NCBI GenBank assembly: GCA_951406725.2
Contig: OX597822.1
Coordinates: 26,350,001 to 26,414,000, forward strand
Direction: 5' to 3'
DNA from: Octopus vulgaris
Taxonomy: Eukaryota
Length of the DNA: 64,000 bases
In this document: positions 40,427-53,911 of the stretch, one piece after another
How positions within the stretch are numbered: position 1 is the stretch's first letter
Layout of the letters: each line of letters starts with the position of its first letter
Notes under the pieces: model-generated
Seen by the model: the letters and a program-made list of their open reading frames with translations, nothing else
Told to the model about the DNA's origin: nothing
Databases searched by the model: none
Translations under genes and position numbers: made by a program

Positions 40427-40713
40427 TGGAGGAACATGGCCCAGTGGTTAGAGCAGCGGACTCGCGGTCGAGGGTTCGAATCTCAGATCAGACGATGTGT
40501 GTGTTTATGAGCAAAATACCTAAGCTCCATGTTGGCTCCGGCAGAAGGTAATGGCGAACTTCTGCTGACTCTTTTGCAACAACTGTCTCTCACTCTTTCC
40601 TCTTGCATCTCACCTGTGACAGACCGGCGTCCCGTCCAGGTGAAGAACCTATATGCCAAGGAAACCGGGAAACTAGCCCTTATGAGCCAGGGATGGCTTG
40701 AGAAGGAACAAAA
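40427..40713 (+). mobile_element. tRNA SINE nested in a family-C SINE
   Basis: A-box tggcccagtggttagagc, B-box ggttcgaatc, A-rich tail, imperfect TSD aatta(t/a)agcctt. Confidence 0.75.
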
Positions 40714-41970
40714 AATTAAAGCCTTGGGTCAACCAATGCCTTGTGAGTGGATTTGCTAGACGGAAACTGAAAGAAGTCCATCGTGTGTGTGTTTGTCTCC
40801 CAATCCCACCATCTGACAACCTGTGTTTATGTCCCAGTAATTTTGCGGTTCAGCAAAAGAGACTGTTAGCCTAAGTACCAGTCTTTGATAAAAAATAAAA
40901 GTAATGGGATCAATTTATTCGACTAAAAAATTCTTCAAGGCAGTGCCCCAGCATAGCCAGAGTCTAATGACTGAAACAAGTAAGAAAAAATAAAAAATAC
41001 AGATTTTGTGAAATTAAATTCTAGTTATGTTGTACATGTATTATGATTACCATAAGTGGTAGACCCACTTCTTTTCAACTGACAAAGCAGACATACATAT
41101 CATGTGACATGCCTTAATTACACTTTACAGATCTTGAGTGACAATGAAGAAACATAACAATGTTAACGATGAGACCTGCCTGCATGTTACTATTTCGATA
41201 TTAAGGTAGGAGACCAACGGAGGGCACCACACACCACATACTAGCTACACACGGTGCAGTGCAACATCAATAACTTGGCTAAATGGTTACAGAAAAGCCA
41301 TGCCACTCATAGACTGCATGATTTTAGCAAACCTTAAATTGGTGAGAAATTTTTAAATAAAATATCTAAGTGCAATGGATGGCATTTAGATATAAAGTCT
41401 GTAGAAATACTCAAAAGTATTGCAATCTCAGTTAACATAACAAAGTTGTTACCTCACTACCTCTATTTTTAACCCAACTACAGCAATCTCCACTCCTCTC
41501 ACCTTGCATATTGTATATCACGAACACCTCTTTCACCTACTAAACTCTGCTCTAAGCAATATGCCTTTACATCTCCTCATAACTGTGAATCTCTATGATG
41601 TGCTCTTTCTGTCCGTATTTCAGCGCCATAATTAGAACAACCCAACTAAATCATATAAACTGCACCCTATTAACCCTAACACATTTTTGGTCTGAAAAAA
41701 CAGTATACACACATATACTCACAAAAGAAATAGTTAATTAGTATATCATAATAGGCATCAAGCATTTAGACTATCAATCTCATCTTTAGAGAGATTTTTT
41801 TAAAGCTTAAAACAAGCCTACATTAAACCCTTTCTCCATATTTCTGGTAAAAAAAAGTAACCAAGTTTTTCAATTACTAACTTTTACCATTATTAAGCTG
41901 GTGTTTAAAAACAACACAATTTTTCTGAAAAGATTGGCACGAACAGTTTATTTCTTTTATACATATCCAG

Positions 41971-42207
41971 TGCAGCATGGAAGGTATTTATAAGCCATTT
42001 AAGAAACACACAAAAACCGTTAGATTCACTTCAACATTTAAATTTAATTTGTCAAAATATTTTCGTCAAATTAAATTTACATGTTGAAGTGAATCTAACA
42101 GTTTTTGTGTTTCTTAAATGGCTTATAAACACCTTCCACGCTGCAATTGTTTCCATTCCAGCACACGATCTCAGACCAGGCACTTGCTATGCAAGTACAT
42201 CTTCATA
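41971..42207 (+). mobile_element. Penelope-like insertion with inverted duplication and 12-bp TSD
   Basis: Arms 41971-42051 and 42067-42145; TSD acatatccagtg at 41961-41972 and 42208-42219. Confidence 0.78.
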
Positions 42208-44000
42208 ACATATCCAGTGGTTTAAGCAATATATTAGATACTGGCTTCTTTAGAATAAACCAAGTTTTTAACCCTATAAAGCCTACTGTCAATAATTCTT
42301 GAAACTTGAAGGATTCTTCACATTTAAACAACATAAATATTTATGTACCTGGCACCCATGCCAGTGACACATAAAAAAGCATCCACTGTACTCTAGGAGT
42401 GGTTGGCATTAGGAAGTGCATCAAAGCTGTAGAAACCATGCCAAGTCAGAATGGAACCTGGTACAGCTTCCCAGCTTTCAGTCAAACCATCCAACCCATG
42501 CCAGAATGGAAAACGGACTTATGATGATGTGTGTGTATCTATACCCACACGTAACAATAAAATTTTCACATAACCTACTCTTAGAATTGAAACTACATCT
42601 CCTCTCCCAAACTGCATCTTCTCTCTTCCTCACATTTCCTCTTCATACTCTATGATTTTCTGCCACTCCCCATCCCTGCCCTGCTCACTGTATTGCTTTC
42701 CCCAATCACTGCAATACCCACCCTCACTCCCTACTCATGCCGTCTTGGCAATACGTCTCCATACCGTGAGGGCATGTCCTGACAACTACCACCATTTGTC
42801 TCTCTCTTTCTTACTCTACCATCCCATCTATGGTCTGAACCTCATTCCTATGAGTATACTCAGGTGCTTCACCACCATCTCTCTCCTACACTCTCTTTTA
42901 CTCTTGTTATCTCCCACTTTCTCTTTCCCTTGCTCTTTCCTCTGGCTGGGTAACCATGTATCTCCTCCACAATAGCACACCTGTTTCTGTCCTCTTTCTT
43001 GTTACCTTTCTCTCCCTCTCTTTCGGTCTCTTGGCTGGGTAACCATGTACGTCCTCTATAGCAAGACACTTGTTTCTGCCTCTCTGTCTCCCTGTCACAC
43101 TATAATCTTTCATCATTTAATACAAAATCACCGCCTCTAATGTCACCTCCCCTCTCAAATTTCATTGTCTTGCAAGTTACTTGGTGACCCTGTCAGTGCT
43201 GGTGCCACATAAAAAGCATCCAGCCCACACTGTGAAGTGGTTGGCATTTGGAAGGGCATCCAGTTGTGAAAAACCATGCCAAAACTGACGTCACCTGTGA
43301 TGGTGCCACATAAAAATCACTCAGTCTATTCTACAGGGTGGTTGGCATTAGGAAGGGCATCCAGCTATAAAAGCTATGTCAAAACAGACACAGTAGCCTG
43401 GTGTAGTCTTCTACCTGGCCAATTCATGTTAAACCATCCAATCCATACCAGCATGGAAGACATGTTAAATGACAATGAGATTCACACACACACACACGAA
43501 TATGCATGTCTTTTTATAGATATGTGTGTGTATTTCTATGTATTGTATATGAAAAATCTAATTATTGACTGTTCAAGAAGCCTGATGAGATGAGATGGCT
43601 GGTAGTAAAGCATATTGTACAAATCAGGCTAGGTAATCTAATATCATTTTATGCAATACACTACATGCAAATAAATGGCTAGGCTATTGAAACACATGTA
43701 GCATAAACAAAACAAAAATGACAGTACATTCATTGAATATATTTTTACACAGCGTGGCATGCACAGCAAGTGTTGTTACAGACACTGAATTTGCAGGATA
43801 ACTAATATTTATCAAGTTAAAATTGCACTGCCTATCCTAGTGATTGGATAATGAATAAACTGACAATATTTATTGGTGGTACTCCTGAATACCCTGCTGA
43901 CTACTATTGTGTGTGTGTATGTGAGGTACAAGCATGGCTATGTAGTAAGAAGTTTTTATTTTTTTCCTTCTGTGTGGCACCTTGGGCATGTGTCTTTTAA

Positions 44001-44222
44001 CCCTTTCGTTACCGTATTTATTTTGAGATGCTCTGTGTTTCTTTCAATTAATTTTAAATACAACAAAGAATTTAGTAAAATAACTTAGTTATCATTAAGC
44101 TGGTGTTAGGAACATAAATTGTGACTAATGTTTGGTGGAAGATTTTAATTCAGAACTTTTGGAAACAAGACATTTTTACTACAGCGCCAGAGGCAGTTTC
44201 AGCCAGGTTGGTATCAAAAGGG
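44001..44222. mobile_element. piggyBac-type MITE, family 1 (inverted relative to 22077), inserted in a family-C SINE
   Basis: TTAA|CCCTTTCGTTACCG...TGGTATCAAAAGGG|TTAA. Confidence 0.9.
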
Positions 44223-45102
44223 TTAATACAGCCCTGGGCTGACCAAAGCTTTGTGAGTGAATGTGGAAATGGAAAATGAAAGAATCTCATCATATGTGTA
44301 CACACATACACACACAATGAAAGGATAGAGAGGCAGATAGATATATTGCATGAGTGTATACACAAAATTTTTCCTTTTCATAAAACATACTCCTTAGCAG
44401 CTAAAAATATGTAATCTACATTACTGCATGTACTTTATATGCACTTTCTGACAAGTTGTGGTGCACCTGAGCACTGTATACAATAATTTCATTATTATTA
44501 AAAAATAAACAACAACAGCAGCAAAAAAAAAACTGAAAATAAAGATTTACTTGATGCGCATGTTGAAATATTTTATACAGTCTTTTCATTGAATAGAGTC
44601 TTATGGTTGAATGCATTTATTTCTTCTTGGGATTGCTGACAACTTTCAATTAGCAATTACATAATGTACAATTCTAAACCCAGAACAAATAACTGCATAA
44701 CACCTCCACCCAGGCCCATCTAATAAAAAAAAAAACTCACCACACACCCACTTACTTCTGCTTCCCTTACCTGCCACCACATGTGATACACTGTGTATAT
44801 AAAAGTAGCGAGCTGGCAGAAATGTTAGCATGCCAGGCGAAATGCTTAGCGGTATTTCTTCTGTCTTCAAGTTCTTAGTTCAAATTCCACCAAGGTCGAA
44901 AAATTAAGTACCAGTTGTGTATATAAATTAGAAAAAAACCACCTTTTATCAATTCAGTAATGAAAAATTTTAAATTATACCATTTAGAAAAATTACCTAT
45001 TATAGAAAGTTTAAATATAAGATGAAACATATAACGATGATTAAGTAATGTGCAAAATAATAAATAAAATGTTTTGCACATTACTTAATCATAAGTAATC
45101 TA

Positions 45103-45144
<42 letters not shown>

Positions 45145-45230
45145 GTATATATATATATAAAATTTTGTGAAAATTGATTTAGTATTTCTAAATTGAATTT
45201 TTCCCACTAAGTTTGGAATAATATTCCCTC

Positions 45231-45278
<48 letters not shown>

Positions 45279-45312
45279 AGTGTATATATATATGTGTATA
45301 TACATATGTGTA

Positions 45313-45351
<39 letters not shown>

Positions 45352-45606
45352 TACTCGTTTCAGCCATGCTTTTCTTTTATCCTTTACTTGTTTCAATCAT
45401 TAGATTACAGCCATGCTGGGGCCTTGAAAAATTTTTACTCGAATGTATCAACCCCAGTACTTCTTTTTTTAAAGTACGGAACTTATTTTATCAGTCTCTT
45501 TTGCTGAACCACTAAGTTACAGAGATGTTAAACAACCACCAGATGTCAAGCAGTGTGGAGGGACACACACACACATACATTTTAGTGCGTGCACACATAC
45601 ACACGA

Positions 45607-45902
45607 GTACTGTCCAAATCTCTGACCAATCACATACAGCTAGCTGGCATTCAATTGGCATATCAAGTTTTGGGCATTTTGATTGGGTTTTGGATAGAAA
45701 ATTCACAAAAAAGTCACTTCTATTGATTTTTTAATGGCTTTGCGGGGTGACTGGGGAAATGTAAAAATGTGCACAACCACCCTTGGACGGTTTTGAATGA
45801 CCATAGAAAGTGCAAGCCATCTAACTGAAAAATTGTGGATTTGTATAAAGGACACACACGCACACAGACAGACAGACATTTTGCCGTTTATATATAGAGA
45901 GA
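45607..45902 (-). mobile_element. Helitron 5' fragment
   Basis: Minus-strand start ATCTCTCTATATATAAACGGC, as in the 20163-20546 element. Confidence 0.6.
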
Positions 45903-46879
45903 TACGTATATACAAGCTTCTTTCAGTTCCTGTCTACCAAATCCACCCACAAGGCATTGGTTGGCTCAAGGTTATAGCAGAAGACACTTACCCAAGGTGT
46001 CACACAGAGTGACTGAACCATGGAAGGAATCTGTCTTACCTCATAGTCACACCTAAATATTTTTTTTTCCAATCCTTTGAGCATAGAATATCAACCTTCC
46101 AGAATTACCTTCTTGGTATATTTCCATTTTCTTTGCAAGCATACATTTTCAAGGCATCAAACTGAACACTGACAGTAAGAATTTCATCTGTCATGGCCAG
46201 GTCTGCAATGCTTACGGACACTGCCCCTTCTAAACCCTTACCCCAAGTGGGCCATAAAACAAAAAACATATTTAACAAGAAGTAGAAAAGCAAGTTGTAC
46301 AATTAGAACCAACAGCTGCTCTTCATCGATGGTTACAATTTAGAGAGTTACAACAGATGAAAAGACAAAATATATTTTATATATACACACACACACACAC
46401 ACGTACATATGTAACAGGATACATGTCACCATAGAGAAAGCAACGATGATAAAAGTATTCAGAATAAAGCATATTCTGAGAATGTTAATATATATATATA
46501 TATTTTCAATGAGCAAATGAATGAACTAGAACTATGTCTCACATCTTCACACACACATTCACATGCACTGTAACATTAGCAGTAGTAGTTGCTACCGCCA
46601 CCACGATCACAATTATTATCATCATCATCAACACCTTCTTTATCTTTATCTAGTTTCAGCTCACGAGCTGTGGCCATGCTGGGGCACTGTAGCTTAGCAA
46701 CAATTTTTTAAAAAAATCTTAGATGAGCAGTCCTATTATTAAAGGTATTCCAGACATGACCATCTAACTTGCTTGAATAACTAGGACTACACTGTCAAAT
46801 GTGTCTAATTTCTAAAGCAGTATGATGCAATCTATCAAAGAATTGGTTGCTTATTTTAGCAAATCAAGTGACCAGAGAA

Positions 46880-47190
46880 CAACGGTTCTCAACTTGGGGA
46901 GTCCTAAAACCTCCAGGTTGCCCACAAGGGCAATACTGGAGGTTCAAAGATCTACTCAAAACTTTAAAAGACCACTTTAAAATGTATATTTAATTACTCA
47001 GACACCTATAATTAATTCAGTTTACATACAACTTTCAATTGAGAAATGAAACTGGGAAAAGGAGTTTGTTGTTAATTCAGGACATCAGCTTATACAGTAA
47101 CCTGTCTTATAAAAAAGTGCGGGGTTTGTGAAAAAAAAAATTCATTAAAACACAAGGGGTGCCTTGTAGAGAAGTTGTTGGGAACCAATG
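46880..47190. mobile_element. hAT (Charlie-like) MITE
   Basis: Ends CAACGGTTCTCAAC / GTTGGGAACCAATG; the 8-bp TSD is degenerate. Confidence 0.55.
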
Positions 47191-47277
47191 ATGTAGAAAC
47201 TCCCTCACTGACCCAACCTAGAACAAGTAGGACAGGGTGCCTTCAAGCTGATGTTTTCTTAAGACCAATTACTTTAA

Positions 47278-47496
47278 CCCTTTAGTGTTCAGACTATTCA
47301 ATCAAACATAATGCCTATTGATTCCCATTGATTTGAACTAATCATGCATTATCTCATATCTTCAAGAGCTTAATGGTGTAATTACTTAATGTAGAATAAC
47401 ATTGTGGGGTAGGTGTGAGGGCCTGGATCTGGTCAGTTTGAACACAAAACAGATTAAATATTTTGGCCGGATATGGCCGGTTTAAATACTAAAGGG
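47278..47496. mobile_element. TTAA-specific MITE, family 2
   Basis: TTAA|CCCTTTAGTGTT...AATACTAAAGGG|TTAA. Confidence 0.85.
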
Positions 47497-48030
47497 TTAA
47501 ACCTCTCTTTACTACACATTTCTAGGCCTTTTGACAAACTCCCCTCAGCACTTTGCATTACAAACATGCAATACTTCATGCACACAATATCCCTTCACAT
47601 TACATGTGTTCATGCCAATGCAACTATCTCCCTTCTTTACAGCTTTGATACCTGGCCATGTTCTCCAATCACTTGTACTCAACCATTCCCAGTTAAGTAC
47701 AAAAGGTGCTGTCAGAAGTTGATCAAAAATAAAGGAAATGATTATGTTGAGTCGCAATATTGTTATAAAGTTCAGATATCCTTCCTTACACTGATTATTT
47801 AAATTACCAATTTGCATAATAAGAAATAATACTTACTCTTTTACTCTTATTTGTTTTAGTCATTTAACTGTGGCTATACTGGAGCACCACCTTTAGTCGA
47901 ACAAATCAACCCCAGAACATATTCTTTGTAAGCCTAATACTTATTCTGTTGGTCTCTTTTGCTGAACCGCTAGGTATCTGGGATATAAACACACCAGCAT
48001 TGGTTGTCAAGCAATGGTGGGGGGACAAAA

Positions 48031-48062
<32 letters not shown>

Positions 48063-48424
48063 TTCAGTTTCTGTCTACCAAATCCATTCAGAAGGCTTTG
48101 GTCAGCCTGAGGCTATAGTAGAAGACACTTGCCCAAGGTGCAACACAGTGGGACTGAACCCGGAATCATGTGGTTGGTAAGCAAGCAACTTACCACACAA
48201 CCACTCCTGTGCCTATGGATAGATGACATAGTTGATACTTCTCACTACAAATGATAAAATGCAGTTAAAGGAAAAAGATTCCTCGAGAAGAATTAGCAAG
48301 CACCACTGCTAGAAATGTGATACAAATGAATCTAAAGACCTAGACTTTGATGACAACAGTAATGATGATGATAGTTTCAAATTTTGCCACAAGGCCAGCA
48401 ATTTTAAGCAAAGGGACTAAGTCA

Positions 48425-50483
48425 GGATTTAGTTTTCATTCGCAAAATATGCATTTTTTAAAAGACAGTAAAAAATTTGAAAATTGACTATAATAATGTA
48501 GCCTTCCAGTATCATGTTGTGGAGAAAAACATTGGAGAAAAAAGTTACAGAGGTTTAAAAATAAAAAAACTGTATATTTTTAGCCAATAGCGACAGAAAT
48601 TTTCTGCGTTTAGCAGAGCAGTGTCAACTTTCAGATTGTACCCTGTGAAATTTAGAGTTTAGCATCTGACCTGTTCATTGTAGGTTTCTAAATAAACAGA
48701 AATACCGAATAAAATCAACAAGTATCATCTTACTTTTTCTTTTGTCTCTTCATTGATTGCATGGTTTCATTATTTTTTTTAAATTTGTAATATTAATATA
48801 TTTGTCTGCGTGTGATTACTTGATGTGTATTTCAGTATTATGATTACCTGTTATGTATTTGTGTACATCATTGATATGTGTGTGTGTGTGGAAGGTGGGG
48901 AGGCGTCTATCTCCAAGACTTTAAAGTTGAGTGAAGTTTTCATGCTTGGATTTGTAAACTACGATAAGAATAACACTGGTTGACAAAGAATTTGTCCGAA
49001 GAAAAAGAATACCTGTATCTTAAACGCTTTTGTGAAATGCTCTTAATTAGCAACGCACCTTTTATCATTAATGCTGAATTAGTGATTATATTTACACTAA
49101 TTAATGTTTGGAGAAATCACCTTAATTTGCAATTAAATTACTGTTAAAAAATGAAGGTAATAAGAAATGTTTCAAGAAACCAAATGTTGAAAAAGCCAAT
49201 ATTAGGTTGGAAGAAAAATACACACACACACTTGTTTCCAAACTTAATTTCTCAGTGGGTGGAAAAAATTGCTTTGAATCGAAGAAGGAAAAAGTGGAGA
49301 GGTTACTCTTGGGTTTGTTTGATTTTCACATACGCACGACAAAGAAAACTATATTATAACAACTTATAAATGTTTTCTACCATGAACAATATATATATAT
49401 ATATATATATTGTTTATATATATACACCACATGTACTTTAGACATTGGGTTTTGTGGAAGTTTTCTTCCTTAGAAGCTTCGTTGTCATGAGAAAGAATTT
49501 AAAAGAAATGTGAAAGAATGACAATGGAGTGTTTGCTCTTCCTCATTTAAGAAATGCATGATTGTCACACAAATCCACCCCAGCCATGTCTTCATACAGA
49601 CACACACCCAACTGTACATTATGTATGCCTTTGTTCAATATACCTGACGTGGATAACCAGCAAAATTGAGAGCACCGTTGGTATTTGATATATGTAACAA
49701 TACAGTTATAAGCACTACCAGGGTACCACGAAACTTGTCAAATGTAGAAATATATTAATGTACCCTGAAATTATATATAACAACACACGTGCACATACCC
49801 ACCTATACTTCATGTAAGTTTATGCTCAATATAACCGACGTGGATAACAAGTCAAATCGTGGGTCACCCTGGTAATTAATATACATAACACAATTATAGG
49901 TGGTTTTACGTTTGCCACAATGATATGTACCACAAGGGTGCCACCAAGCTTATTGAATATAAGAAGGCTGTTTTTCCCGAGATGTATATTAAACAACACG
50001 CAGACGTCTCTACTTGGTGCAAGTCTGTGCTCAATATAAAACAAGCGTAGATAGCCAACCAAGTTGGGGGCCAACTTAGTATCTAAAACACTAACATAGA
50101 AAAAACAGAAAAATACTAACACACAGAAGCACAGAAAAATATGTAATATACTAACACACAGAAAAATTAAAACAAAACACATAGGTGAAAAGAATCTTGT
50201 GGTGTGAAGAATTAAGTGTGAAAAATCAACATAGATAACAGTAAACCACAACTCGGATGGTTGTCATGGTAACAAGCTGCTAATGCTACGCTGTCTGTTG
50301 ATTGGCTAAAATTACCCAAATTTCCTAACTTTAATGCCAAATAACATCAGATTCTTTGGTTTACAAGATAAAGTAATTGGTTGATCGTAATCAAAATTCA
50401 GAGTTGCATCGATACACCAAAATTGAAAGCAGCCTGGGCAAAATTAAGTGGGGCTCATTTTGCGAATGGGAAAGACTAGATCC
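48425..50483. mobile_element. 2.06-kb non-autonomous DNA transposon, Merlin-like, nested in a family-A SINE
   Basis: TIRs GGATTTAGTTTTCATTCGCAAAAT and (reverse complement) GGATCTAGTCTTTCCCATTCGCAAAAT; 8-bp TSD ctaagtc(a/g). The host SINE resumes across the insertion; about 200-bp tandem units lie inside. Confidence 0.7.
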
Positions 50484-52772
50484 CTAAGTCGATTACATGA
50501 ACTCTAGTGTGCTAACTGGTACTTACTTCATTAACCAACCCTAAAAGGAAGAAAAGGCAAAGTCAACCTTGGCAGAATTTCATATCAGAACTTAAAGAGC
50601 TTGACTTTTTGCCAAATATAATTTTAAAATTAAAACGTCACAATATTTCAGGTTGTCACAGCACCTCTAAATATTCGGGGTTTTGAGACAACCTAGATGG
50701 AAACCAGCGTTCTAGATAATCAAATCTGTAACTCAGCTTCAATTTGAGAATGTAGTTATCTTAGTTTACTAATATGCTGGGAGGATAGGTACAATGCCAC
50801 AATTCAAATTGCCTGCCCCCTCTTCACACACAGAGTGAATAGGGTTGGTCAAGCAATTTGTCAGAAATGTTAGTATTTACACCACACAATCTTCCACTGT
50901 GTGATGGTAAATAATTACTATTACTGCTGCAAAATGACATCTTTAAGATTTAGTGGATATATAATGAACAGATGAAGCATTATCATCAGGAAAATGTGGG
51001 TCAGATAGAGTTCACTGAAGCAGATTTTCTACTGCCAGATGCTTATCTTGTCAACAAACTTCACCTATGGCTGGGACATTTTTTTTTCTAGAAGATTGGA
51101 AATGAAACTGCTTGTTTGAGTGACATATTCACAACCATTGAGACAAGGAGACACTCCTGGGTTTTCTTCTCCTTTTCCTTTCCTGTTTCAGTCATCAGAC
51201 TGCAGCCACGCTATGGCACAGCCTTGAAAAATTATGGCAGCCTGAGGCTATAGCAGAAGGCACTAGTCCAATATGCCACAGTGGGATTGAACCCAGAACC
51301 ATGTGGTCAGGAAGAAAACTTCTTACCACACAGCCATGCCTGCACCTACAGAGCCATGCTTACACCTCAGTTTACTGTTTTAGTTAAGGACCTCTCCCAC
51401 TCAGATCACCCACCATCCTATCTCTCATCTACTTCAAACTGCAGTTAGCATTTAAACCTGGTCTGTATTTATGAGCCCTAGGCATCCAATCCCTCCACAA
51501 CACCTTTAAATAAGTTTCCTATTTCTGGAAAAACCAATAACATTTTCACTCCTACAAAAAGACGTTAAACTTCATATGTAAATCATTTATATTATTATTC
51601 TGCTATGGTCTACATCTGTAAAGCTTCTGAAGACATAATCTATTATACACACAATGTTTATATTATCCATAAGACAATAAACATATGAAGTATGGGAGGA
51701 AGGCGAAGACATAATCTAACAGATGCAATATGTATATATATTCATAGGCTGAGTGTGTTTCATTATATTATTATATCAAATATTAAAATTATTTATACAA
51801 TTCATAAGACTGACTGATAAATATTTAGAACTAAATGTGGTATGTGTATGGGGTGGGAGTGGCTGTGTAAATAAGTTTACTTCCCAAACATGTGGTTTCA
51901 GGTTCAGTACCACTGCGTGGTACATTGGGCAAGTGACTTCTACTACAAACCGAAGCTAATCAATGTTCTGAAAGTAGATCTGGTTAACGGAAACTGAAAG
52001 AAGCCTGCTATGTATGTATGTGTGTTAGTATCTCCTTGTCTTGACACTGCATGATAGTTGTTAGCAAGTGTCACCGTCATAGAAGCAGTGTCCATTTCCA
52101 ATCGTCTGTGAAAATATGTTTGGCCATAGGGAAATATGAAATATGTGGTTGTAGAAAATCTACCTCAAGAAATACTATTTGACCTACGCAAGCATGGAAA
52201 AGTGGAGGTTATGATGGTGATGATCATCATTGTCATCATTAAACGTTCATTGTCCATACTGGTATGGTCTGGACGGTTTGACCGTGGTTGGCAAGCTGCA
52301 CCAGGCTCCAATCCAATCCAATTTGGCATAGTTCCAACAGCTGGTTGCCCTTACTAACACCAGCCACTCCAAGAGTGTAATGGGTGATGGTTATCTCTTA
52401 TTATAAAAGGCAGATTTTATCTGCCTCCCTTTGGGAGTTATACAAATCTACAATATAGGATTTCTTCAATTACAATTTACCTTGCATTTTTAAGAGTACA
52501 ATGCATCGCGTCATGCCAGGTCCAGTTTTTAAAATTTAAACTCCAATTAAGCAAAATTTACGGTTTTTGTGTGTTTCTTAAATGGCTTATAAACACCTTC
52601 AACGCTGCAACTGTTTTCGTTCCAGCACACGATCTCAGATCAAGTCACTTGCTATGCAAGTACATCTCTGTAACTATATATATATTTATATATATATATA
52701 TATGTATATTGGTAAAAACAGTAAGATAACAAAAGAAAGAAAGAGACCTCAATATTATGTAAATAGAGGAAA

Positions 52773-53163
52773 TCTTTATATATAAAAGTGAGGTTGTGTG
52801 TCTGTCTCCTACGATTTAGATTCCTAACTACTCCCACATTTTGCGGTGCAGTTTAACCAAAACCGGGTATCTTATAGTCGTGATTCATATCGAGACCGTC
52901 TGGGTATTAGCGCGTGTCTACGATGAGTATACGATTTAAAAAAATTTACCATCAATTTTTCCCATTTTTAATCCATTTTTGACATATATAAGGGAAGTAA
53001 CTCTCTAAAATTTATTATTAAATCTCAGAACGTAAAAAGCTACAGTAACACCCCTCCCCCTTTGTGGTTAGCCATATTGAGATGGCTATTATACTTTACA
53101 TCTCTAAAAATGCTTATATAATTATTTCCTTACAAACCCGAGCAACGCCGGGCGATACTGCTA

Positions 53164-53164
<1 letters not shown>
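52773..53164 (+). mobile_element. Non-autonomous Helitron
   Basis: A|TCTTTATATATAAAAG at the 5' end; 3' cccgagcaacgccgggcgatactgCTAG|T. Confidence 0.85.

Positions 53165-53212
<48 letters not shown>
53165..53212. repeat. (TA)n microsatellite; one of many TA/CA/GA tracts (e.g. 11230-11312, 27238-27290, 45107-45350)
   Basis: Direct reading. Confidence 0.95.
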
Positions 53213-53217
<5 letters not shown>

Positions 53218-53639
53218 TATTATAAATGGCAGATTTTATCTGCCTCCCTTTGGGAGTTATACAAATCTACAATATAGGATTTCTTCAATTACAATTTACC
53301 TAGCAGTTTTAAGAGTACAATGCATCGCGTCATGCCAGGTCCAGTTTTTAAAATTTAAACTCCAGTTAAGCAAAATTTACAGAAAACTCACATTCTGGTG
53401 TGTGTGTCAAATGCTTTTCTTAGTCTGGTTTACACCACACGCAAACGCACACACACAGTGGGCAACGAATAAAATGAAAGTAAATAGCGACACAGTGATT
53501 TGAGGAAGACTAAAGTGAAAGTATTCTGTCTATGACGCTGATAGATATATAAGTAAAATGTATGGGAAGCTAAGAGCTAAGAGTGAGTGAAAATGTTCTT
53601 GGAAGAGAGTAATTAGTAATAAAGTAAACATACACTCAT

Positions 53640-53672
<33 letters not shown>

Positions 53673-53693
53673 TACATACACACATACATACAT

Positions 53694-53728
<35 letters not shown>

Positions 53729-53911
53729 GTATTGAAGCTTGAGAACAATCAGATACATTTGCAACACATCTGTTGAAAATATTATTGTTCACACACATAC
53801 ATATACATATACATATACATACAGACAGACAGACAGATAGACACACACACACACACACACATGATCCAGCATGGCCACAACCTCAAGGCTGAAACATATA
53901 AAAGAATAACA

